From the NCBI RefSeq assembly GCF_000006765.1, contig NC_002516.2: DNA of 64,000 nt. The stretch is one strand, 5' to 3'. The notes under the pieces are model-generated. The model did not search any database and was not told where the DNA came from. It was given only the letters and a program-made list of their open reading frames with translations. Positions 56,757 through 64,000 of this stretch are shown here, in pieces (position 1 is the stretch's first letter; the number at the start of each line of letters is the position of its first letter). Source of the stretch: Pseudomonas aeruginosa PAO1. Its GTDB lineage: Bacteria; Pseudomonadota; Gammaproteobacteria; Pseudomonadales; Pseudomonadaceae. The translations under genes and the position numbers were made by a program.

Positions 56757-58130
56757 TCAGTCTTCAGCATCGGCTTCCTCGTCATCGCTACTACCTGCGT
56801 CATCATCTCCCAACGCGGCAAGGTCGTCGTCGCTCACCACATCGTCCGGGCCGGGCTGCCAGCCGCGCAGGTCTACTTGACCGGTGACGGCATCGGCGAT
56901 CAGGCGGTCGCGGTATTCGCGGATGAGCTTGATCTCGTCCTCGGCGCGGGCGATGGTTTCGTCCAAGTCTTTCGTCTCGCGCCCTATGTGCGACAGGATC
57001 GCTTCCTGTTCATCTTTGCGAGGAATCGGAAGCCGAACATTGCCGATGAAGTTCCAATCGGCGCGTGGCATCTTCGCACCCGCCGTCGAACTGCTGATTA
57101 GGTCAATGACACGCTTGCAGCGCAGTAGTTGTTCAAGATATGCGGGCAAGATGAGTTCTTGGCGAGAACGTAGTACGAGAAACTCACTTACGCATACACC
57201 AGCACAAACCACTCGCGTTACCTTCGCCAAGTACGGACGGAGCTTGCCGAACAGTACATCGTCTGCAACAAACCGCTTCACCGTGCTCGCAAATTCGACT
57301 TCGCCGCCGAGCGGTCGCGCCACACCCGTCCAGCTTTGGACGTGCTCCAATGCGAGATAAATTTCGTCATCCGCCTTCGTCGTGGTCTGGCTGGTGATGT
57401 TGCCGGCAAGGAACTTCAGACGCTTCACTTCCCAATGTGCTGGCACCTCGCCTAGCCACTCGATATCGGAAGGTTTGAGCTTGACCGACGCATCTAGCCC
57501 ACGCGTGACGGCGTGGTCGATGATGCGCAGCTTCTGTTCGGTCAGCAGCGCAATGAGATCGCGCTTGGCCCTGATGAAGCAGGCGATATGCGCGTCCTGC
57601 GTACGCAGGTAGGTGACGATCTGGTCTTGCTCAGGGCGCGGCGGAACCAGCGATGGCATCTGCTTGAAGGATTCCCAATACAGACGGTTGCGGTCAGCCA
57701 CGATGCCACGAGAGAACTTGTTCACCTCTTGCATGTAAGCCGCAGTGCGGAACAAGTAGCTGAAATAGGTGCTGTTGGCTTCTGCATAGGGCTTGACTAC
57801 GACATAAGCAGGGCTGACCAAGCCATCCTCCGGCACGGGGCCGACCGCGCCCTGCCACATGCGCATCATGTTGTAGGCAATGTCACCCTTGACGGCACGC
57901 TTGTACTTCTCCTTCTGGCTCATGACCTGCTTGCGCTTCAGGTTGTCCATATCGCGCACCCGCACACCGGTGCGCAGCGACACTTCCAGAATAGGCAGAT
58001 CAGGAAAGCCGGTTTCCACGCGATGGCCAAACAACCGTCCATTACGCAGCACCTGCCAACCTTCGGGTACCTGCGGGACCCAAGGGAGGCCGGATACACG
58101 GTAGCTGGGATATCTGCTCGTGGCTGTCAT
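56757..58130 (-). CDS. hsdS: Type I R-M specificity subunit S
   Basis: Two TRDs with conserved spacers (PPRPEQDQIV, PRKDEQEAIL), YRDRLIADAVTG; TGATG coupling with hsdM. Confidence 0.93.
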   Translation of the reverse strand: MTATSRYPSYRVSGLPWVPQVPEGWQVLRNGRLFGHRVETGFPDLPILEVSLRTGVRVRDMDNLKRKQVMSQKEKYKRAVKGDIAYNMMRMWQGAVGPVPEDGLVSPAYVVVKPYAEANSTYFSYLFRTAAYMQEVNKFSRGIVADRNRLYWESFKQMPSLVPPRPEQDQIVTYLRTQDAHIACFIRAKRDLIALLTEQKLRIIDHAVTRGLDASVKLKPSDIEWLGEVPAHWEVKRLKFLAGNITSQTTTKADDEIYLALEHVQSWTGVARPLGGEVEFASTVKRFVADDVLFGKLRPYLAKVTRVVCAGVCVSEFLVLRSRQELILPAYLEQLLRCKRVIDLISSSTAGAKMPRADWNFIGNVRLPIPRKDEQEAILSHIGRETKDLDETIARAEDEIKLIREYRDRLIADAVTGQVDLRGWQPGPDDVVSDDDLAALGDDDAGSSDDEEADAED

Positions 58131-60508
58131 CAAGCTGTCCCCACGATCTTGTGCAACAAACCTTCCGTCTGCTGCTCCAGCTTCAGGATATCGGCGCGGA
58201 TGTCGTCCAGCGGACGCAGCGGCGTCGGCTTATAGAAGTAGCGGGCGAAGGAGATTTCGTAGCCGATCTGGGTCTTCTCGCCGTCGATCCACGCATCCGG
58301 CGCGTGCGGCAGCACTTCGCGCTCGAAGAAGGCGTCGATGCCACCAAGTTCCTTCAACGGCACTTGCTCGGTGTCGCGCAGATCGGCATCCGGTTCATAC
58401 CAGACGACTTCGCGGTGCTTGCCCGTTTCGATGAAGTAGCGGCCATCGAAACTCGGAATGAAGGCGTCGCTGGCTTTCAGCTTGTGCCGCTTGGCCACCA
58501 CTGGCGGCGCGGTGTCGTCACGCCAGCTCACCGCCTTGAAGATGGCTTTTTTGTCTGCCGCAGTGAGCTTTTTGTCATGTGCCTTCATCGCTATATCGAA
58601 TTCCGCCCGAAAGACATTGTGGTCATCGAATACGGCGTCACCCAAAACCTTCTGCGCCAGCAGCGCCAGATCGAGCAGCCCCTTGTCGCGTTGCCAGGTC
58701 GTGGCATCGAGCAGCCTCTTGCGACGCTTTTCTGGCACGGCTTTCTTCGCGTGTGTGCCTTCTTCGTCGCCGTCCTCGGCATCATCATCGTCCTCGCTGC
58801 CACCCTTGAGCCAAGCTTCGATTTCGGGCTTCAGTTTGGCAAAGCTGGTGTAGAGCTTGTCACCATGCTCGGCGTAGATCTCGGTGCGCAACTCCTCGTC
58901 GCCACTGGCGAAACGCAGGGTATCAATGGCGCTGGTTTTCAACTGGCTCTTCAGGCGCAGTGGGCGTTCGACCGTGATCTTCCAGTAGCCGAAGTCCTGC
59001 GTGTCGAACCATTTGCTTTGATCGGTGCTGGAGTCGGTTTCCTGCGCTTCGCCCAAATACAGGTCGAGAATGCGCCGGATGTCGCCCTCTGCCAGCTCAC
59101 AGTTCTTCTTGCCAAGATTGCGGCGCAGTGGCGCGAACCACTGGCTCGCGTCGATCAACTGCACCCTGCCCTTGCGATGCTCAGCTTTTTTGTTGGCCAG
59201 CACCCATATATAGGTGGCGATCCCAGTGTTGTAGAAAATGTTGAGCGGCAGGGCGATGATGGCTTCCAGCCAGTCGTTCTCCAGTACCCAGCGGCGGATA
59301 TTGCTTTCGCCTTGGCCAGCGTCGCCAGTGAATAGCGCCGAGCCGTTGTGGACGAGGGCGATGCGGCTGCCGAGCGCGGTGTCATGTTTCATCTTGGACA
59401 GCTTGTTCACCTGGAACATGAGCTGCCCGTCGCTGGAGCGAGTGATGAGCTTGAACTCGGCATCGCCGCCGTGATTGACGATAAAGCGCGGGTCGCTGAA
59501 CTCCTTCTTGCCGCCCATGCGCTCCAGATCGGTCTTCCAACTCTTGCCGTAGGGCGGATTGGAAATCATGAAGTCGAATTCGCGCGAACGGAACTGATCG
59601 GCGGATAGCGTGGATTTATCCGCCCCGCCGACGATGTTCTCCGCTTCCGCCCCTTCGCCTTTCAGCAGTAGGTCGGCCTTGCAGATGGCGTAGGTTTCAT
59701 CACTGATTTCCTGCCCGAACAGATGGATGGAGACGTCCTTGCCGTGCTGCTCAGCCAGTTCCTTCAAGGCTTCCTCGGCCACTGTGAGCATGCCGCCCGT
59801 GCCACAAGAGCCGTCGTACAGCGAATAGGTGCTGGACTCGATCCGGTCGGCCACTGGTAGGAACAGCAGCTTGGCCATGAGTTGAACGACGTCGCGCGGG
59901 GTGAAGTGCTCACCGGCCTCTTCGTTGTTCTCTTCGTTGAAGCGGCGGATCAACTCCTCGAACACCGTACCCATGCCATGGTTGTCGAGCGCGGGCAGCT
60001 TGGTGCGCCCGTCGGCATCCTTGACCGGCAGCGGCGAGAGATTGACCTCGGGATCGAGGAAGTCTTCGATCAGGTAGCCGAGGATATGGGCATCCACCAG
60101 CTTCTGGATCTGGTTGCGGAAATTGAACTTGGTGAGAACTTCCTGCACGTTGGGCGAGAAACCGTCCAGATAAGCGATGAAGTCCTCGCGCAGCCGCTGC
60201 CCGGCAGCACTGGCCTTGAGCTTGGCCAAGGTGAACTCGGAAACGTTGTAGAAGGCTTGTCCGGCAGCGGCCTGGAGCGCGCCGTTCTGATTCGCCACTT
60301 TGGCGCTGTCCAGCAGCTTCTTGCGTTCCAAGACTGCCTGTTTGGTCGGTTCCAGCACTGCATCGATCCGCCGTAGCACGGTAAAGGGCAGGATCACATC
60401 GCGGTACTTGCCACGAACGTAGACGTCGCGCAGACGGTCGTCAGCGATATTCCAGATGAAATCGGCGACCCACTTGATCTGGCTTTGGTCTTGCTGTCGT
60501 TTCTGCAT
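58130..60508 (-). CDS. hsdM: Type I R-M N6-adenine methyltransferase subunit M
   Basis: GEHFTPRDVV, YDGSCGTGGML (motif I), ISNPPYG (motif IV). Confidence 0.95.
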   Translation of the reverse strand: MQKRQQDQSQIKWVADFIWNIADDRLRDVYVRGKYRDVILPFTVLRRIDAVLEPTKQAVLERKKLLDSAKVANQNGALQAAAGQAFYNVSEFTLAKLKASAAGQRLREDFIAYLDGFSPNVQEVLTKFNFRNQIQKLVDAHILGYLIEDFLDPEVNLSPLPVKDADGRTKLPALDNHGMGTVFEELIRRFNEENNEEAGEHFTPRDVVQLMAKLLFLPVADRIESSTYSLYDGSCGTGGMLTVAEEALKELAEQHGKDVSIHLFGQEISDETYAICKADLLLKGEGAEAENIVGGADKSTLSADQFRSREFDFMISNPPYGKSWKTDLERMGGKKEFSDPRFIVNHGGDAEFKLITRSSDGQLMFQVNKLSKMKHDTALGSRIALVHNGSALFTGDAGQGESNIRRWVLENDWLEAIIALPLNIFYNTGIATYIWVLANKKAEHRKGRVQLIDASQWFAPLRRNLGKKNCELAEGDIRRILDLYLGEAQETDSSTDQSKWFDTQDFGYWKITVERPLRLKSQLKTSAIDTLRFASGDEELRTEIYAEHGDKLYTSFAKLKPEIEAWLKGGSEDDDDAEDGDEEGTHAKKAVPEKRRKRLLDATTWQRDKGLLDLALLAQKVLGDAVFDDHNVFRAEFDIAMKAHDKKLTAADKKAIFKAVSWRDDTAPPVVAKRHKLKASDAFIPSFDGRYFIETGKHREVVWYEPDADLRDTEQVPLKELGGIDAFFEREVLPHAPDAWIDGEKTQIGYEISFARYFYKPTPLRPLDDIRADILKLEQQTEGLLHKIVGTA

Positions 60509-60625
60509 TATCAGCGCTTCAACTCTTCATTCAAATATGTTTAGTGGCAAGCCACAGTTGACGTGTGCGGGCCGTGGCCATGGGATGCCTTGATAGGGAA
60601 AATACGCTCCGGCCATTCGTGCCCA

Positions 60626-60979
60626 TTAATCCAGCACAACCAGAAACTCAGTCGCCAGCGCGGTCGGCTGAACATCTCGAACATTGCGCTGCAGCGAAAC
60701 TAGGCCGTAATCCGCCATCATCCGCAGGGTGCGCGACAGGTTCGGCACCTTGCGGCCGCTGAGTTCAGCCAGTTCGGTCAGGGACTTAGGTTGTTTGTCA
60801 TGGATCAGGCGAAGCAGGCGGCGATTGTCGTCCGACAGCACTGCGGCCAGTGATGCCAGAGACGGAAACCAAATGCTGGGCGTTTCGCTCCGCTGCGGTG
60901 GCGAACCTTCTGGCTGTCGGATACCCACAATGCAGCGCTTCATGATGGCTAATCCAATGACACGTTGATTTACAATCAT
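60626..60979 (-). CDS. Predicted HTH transcriptional regulator (HVO_A0114/MarR-like; start may be ATG 60943)
   Basis: IWFPSLASLAAVLSDDNRRLL...SLTELAELSGRKVPNLSRTL. Confidence 0.75.
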   Translation of the reverse strand: MIVNQRVIGLAIMKRCIVGIRQPEGSPPQRSETPSIWFPSLASLAAVLSDDNRRLLRLIHDKQPKSLTELAELSGRKVPNLSRTLRMMADYGLVSLQRNVRDVQPTALATEFLVVLD

Positions 60980-61261
60980 ATCAGTGCCTGATAATCATCG
61001 TCGATCACAAGTACTTTCACAAAAGGAAAGGCAAGGGAATGGAATCGAGATCAACGCCCTTTATTCAAAAAGGAAAGGCAGTCTCTCCCCGGTTGAGCTC
61101 ACACCACCAAATTGGCCAGTGGAACCGGACCACGCCTACATCATCTCCAGCACCCGCTCGGCGCACTCGGAGCGACCCGGAGCCTACTAACTAGGCAGCG
61201 ACACCAAAGTTGGTACAGTACATAAATTGGGCAAGACTCAGTAGCACCAATCGACAGACAT

Positions 61262-61298
61262 AAAAAAACCCAACCACCGTAAAGTGGCTGGGTTTTTT
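61262..61298 (-). terminator. Intrinsic terminator downstream of tRNA-Pro (bidirectional form)
   Basis: A7-CCCAACCAC...GTGGCTGGG-T6 hairpin. Confidence 0.85.
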
Positions 61299-61306
61299 AG
61301 GTTTTT

Positions 61307-61384
<78 letters not shown>

Positions 61385-61472
61385 CTGTACTTCCAAGCTC
61401 AGTGACTGTGCTTCCGAAGTGAGCCGCACTATATACTAAGCTTCTGATAAGTGGAAGTTTTTTTTGCTTCCG

Positions 61473-61829
61473 TCACTTCTTCAGGACCAGCAGGACTTCT
61501 TCCAGCTCGGCGATCATCTGGCGGATGAGCTGCTTGTACTGGGTGACGTCGTCCTTGGCCTCGTCGCCGGAGAGGCGCTGGCGCGCCCCGCCGATGGTGA
61601 AGCCCTGGTCGTAGAGGAGCGCGCGGATCTGGCGGATCATCAGCACGTCCTGGCGCTGATAATAGCGGCGATTTCCGCGGCGCTTCACCGGGTTGAGCTG
61701 CGGGAATTCCTGCTCCCAGTAGCGCAGCACGTGGGGCTTGACCGCGCACAAGTCGCTGACTTCGCCGATGGTGAAGTAGCGCTTGCCGGGAATCGGTGGC
61801 AGCTCGTCGTTATGACTTGGTTCCAGCAT
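61473..61829 (-). CDS. MerR-family HTH protein conserved downstream of ihfA
   Basis: [25 protein letters not shown]...NRRYY; ATG 61829 overlaps the ihfA end. Confidence 0.9.
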   Translation of the reverse strand: MLEPSHNDELPPIPGKRYFTIGEVSDLCAVKPHVLRYWEQEFPQLNPVKRRGNRRYYQRQDVLMIRQIRALLYDQGFTIGGARQRLSGDEAKDDVTQYKQLIRQMIAELEEVLLVLKK

Positions 61830-62112
61830 ATGCCTCAACCCTGGCCTTCAGTTTCTGCCCTGGACGAAAGGTGACAACGCGGCGGGCCGTGATCGGGATT
61901 TCTTCGCCGGTCTTTGGGTTGCGTCCGGGGCGCTGGCGCTTGTCGCGCAGGTCGAAGTTGCCGAAACCGGACAACTTGACCTGCTCGTTATGCTCCAGCG
62001 CCTGGCGGATCTCTTCGAAGAACAACTCCACCAACTCCTTGGCTTCCCGTTTGTTCAGGCCCAGCTCTTCGTACAGACGTTCCGCAATTTCAGCTTTCGT
62101 CAGAGCCCCCAT
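61810..62112 (-). CDS. ihfA: Integration host factor alpha
   Basis: [45 protein letters not shown]. Confidence 0.98.
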   Translation of the reverse strand: MGALTKAEIAERLYEELGLNKREAKELVELFFEEIRQALEHNEQVKLSGFGNFDLRDKRQRPGRNPKTGEEIPITARRVVTFRPGQKLKARVEAYAGTKS

Positions 62113-62115
62113 ACG

Positions 62116-64000
62116 CTATTTCCTTAACGTGGCATTGAACCTTTCTTCCAACGACGTGACGATGTTCTGCGTCGTGCTATTGACTTCATCGTCATTAAGA
62201 GTGCGCGATGGATGCTGCCAGGTCAAGCCGACGGCAAGGCTTTTTCTATGCGGATCAATGCCTTTACCGTGATACACATCAAACAGCCTGAGGTCCGTCA
62301 GCCATTCGCCGGCCGCCGCACGGATTTGTGTCAGGATGTCTTGTGCCGGCACGTCCTGATCCACCAGCAGCGCCAGGTCGCGGCGCACTTCGGGGAAGCG
62401 CGACAGCTCGCGGAACTTCGGCAGGTGGCCGTCGACCACTTCGGCCAGCAGCAGCTCGAAGAGGAACACCGGCTGCTCGAGGTCGAGTTTCTTCGCCAAT
62501 TCCGGATGTAGCGCACCCAGGTAGCCGACCAGCCGCCCTTCCCGCTCGATGCGTGCGGTCTGCCCCGGGTGCAGCGCCGGGTGCTCGCCGGGCACGAAGC
62601 TGAAGTCGCCGAGGGCACCAGCACTGGCCAGCACTGCCTCGACATCGGCCTTGGCGTCGAAGAAGTCCACGCCGTCACGACCATTGGCCCAGCCTTCCGG
62701 CAGGCGCTTGCCGCAGATGGCGCCGGCGAGCATGGCTTCCTGCTTCAGGCCTTCCAGTTGACCGACGAAGCGCAGGCCACTTTCAAACAGGCGGACCCGC
62801 GACTGCTGGCGGTTGAGGTTGTGCTGCAGCGCCTTGACCAGGCCCGGCCAGAGGCTGGAACGCATCGCCGCCATGTCGGCGGAGATCGGGTTGGCCAGGG
62901 TCAGCGGCTGGGTGCCCGGATCGAACAGTTCGAACAGGGCCGGATCGATGAAGCTGAAGGTGATCGCTTCCTGGTAGCCGCGGGCGACCAGCAGGCGCCG
63001 CAGCAGCGGCAGCGCGGCGCGCGCTTCCGGCTTGTTGTTCGGCGCCAGGCGCGCCTGCGGGTAGCGCACCGGCAGGCGATTGTATCCGTAGAGACGGGCC
63101 AGTTCCTCGATCAGGTCGACTTCCAGGGAAATGTCGAAGCGATGGCTCGGTACGCCGACCGACCACTGCCCTTCCCCGTCGGCTACCACCGTTAGTTCCA
63201 GGGCTTGCAGCAGGCGCACGATCTCGGCGGCGTCCAGCGGCATGCCGAGCATCTGGGTCACGCGCTCGGCGCGCAGGGTGATCGGCGCGACCTTCGGTAG
63301 GTGCGCTTCGCTGACCTGCTCGACGATCGGCCCTGGTTCACCGCCGACGATGTCGAGGATCAGGCGCGTCGCGCGCTCCATGGCCTTGCGCGCCAACTGG
63401 CTGTCGACGCCGCGCTCGAAGCGATGCGAGGAGTCGGTGTGCAGGCCATAGGAGCGGGCCTTGCCGGCCAGGGCGATGGTGTCGAAGAACGCGGCTTCGA
63501 GGAACAGGTCGCGGGTGCTGTCGCTGACGCCGCTGTGCTCGCCGCCCATCACCCCGGCGATGGCCAGGGCGCGCTGGTGGTCGGCGATCACCAGGGTGTC
63601 GGCGCGCAGGGTGATTTCCTGACCGTCGAGCAGGACCAGTTTCTCGCCGTCCTCGGCCATGCGCACGCGCACGCCGCCGTTGATCTCGGCAAGGTCGAAG
63701 GCATGCATCGGCTGGCCCAGTTCGATCATCACGTAGTTGGTGACGTCGACCACCGGGTCGATGCTGCGGATGTCGGAACGGCGCAGGCGCTCGACCATCC
63801 ACAACGGGGTCGGCCGGCTCAGGTCGACGTTGCGGATCACCCGGCCGAGGTAGCGCGGGCAGGCAGCCGGCGCGGCGAGTTCGACCGGACGGGTCTCGTC
63901 GTGCTGCGCGGCGACCGCGTCCACCGCCACCGGCGCCAGCGGAACGTCGTAGATGGCGCTGACTTCGCGGGCCAGGCCGGCGAGCGACAGGCAGTCACCG
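62116..64000 (-). CDS. pheT: Phenylalanyl-tRNA synthetase beta subunit (5' part outside the window)
   Basis: B3/B4 domain, DLIEELARLYGY, C-terminal FDX-ACB (SRFPEVRRDLA, KSLAVGLTWQ); upstream of ihfA. Confidence 0.97.
   Translation of the reverse strand, partial: GDCLSLAGLAREVSAIYDVPLAPVAVDAVAAQHDETRPVELAAPAACPRYLGRVIRNVDLSRPTPLWMVERLRRSDIRSIDPVVDVTNYVMIELGQPMHAFDLAEINGGVRVRMAEDGEKLVLLDGQEITLRADTLVIADHQRALAIAGVMGGEHSGVSDSTRDLFLEAAFFDTIALAGKARSYGLHTDSSHRFERGVDSQLARKAMERATRLILDIVGGEPGPIVEQVSEAHLPKVAPITLRAERVTQMLGMPLDAAEIVRLLQALELTVVADGEGQWSVGVPSHRFDISLEVDLIEELARLYGYNRLPVRYPQARLAPNNKPEARAALPLLRRLLVARGYQEAITFSFIDPALFELFDPGTQPLTLANPISADMAAMRSSLWPGLVKALQHNLNRQQSRVRLFESGLRFVGQLEGLKQEAMLAGAICGKRLPEGWANGRDGVDFFDAKADVEAVLASAGALGDFSFVPGEHPALHPGQTARIEREGRLVGYLGALHPELAKKLDLEQPVFLFELLLAEVVDGHLPKFRELSRFPEVRRDLALLVDQDVPAQDILTQIRAAAGEWLTDLRLFDVYHGKGIDPHRKSLAVGLTWQHPSRTLNDDEVNSTTQNIVTSLEERFNATLRK

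Noticed and set aside
56757-56850. Acidic HsdS tail as a DNA mimic
   Set aside because: Short low-complexity tail; similar tails seem common in this family and nothing here supports a function.
60984-61260. Small ORF 60984-61190 or integrase remnant near the tRNA
   Set aside because: No tyrosine-recombinase motifs could be supported; no RBS.

Overview
High-GC Pseudomonas aeruginosa-type chromosomal DNA. From memory, gene order and proteins match the PAO1 region of about PA2686-PA2739; this is an inference, no database search was run. Left to right: the ferric-enterobactin locus pfeRSAE; an IS110/IS1111-family element inserted into a REP palindrome; a core block of metabolic and regulatory genes (Rrf2, AraC, HxlR and MerR regulators, an isochorismatase/amidohydrolase/porin/MFS cluster, tse2-tsi2, MoxR/VWA, cysK, polyamine-binding protein, molybdopterin oxidoreductase, cpo); a tightly coupled uncharacterised operon (ClpB-type AAA+, radical SAM, a roughly 2100-aa kinase-like/SF1 helicase/nuclease gene split by one frameshift, coiled-coil protein); an AT-richer defence island (C4-like RNA leader plus SymE, two PD-(D/E)xK-type proteins, type I R-M hsdR/S/M with a frameshifted rhuM-like gene) ending at tRNA-Pro(GGG); then a MerR-like gene, ihfA and partial pheT. 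The most interesting signals are the AAA+/radical-SAM/kinase-helicase-nuclease operon next to the defence island, guide-like target and donor matches in the IS non-coding end, a P1/P4 c4-type antisense/attenuator architecture upstream of SymE, and operator arrays that define local MerR, HxlR and Rrf2 regulons.
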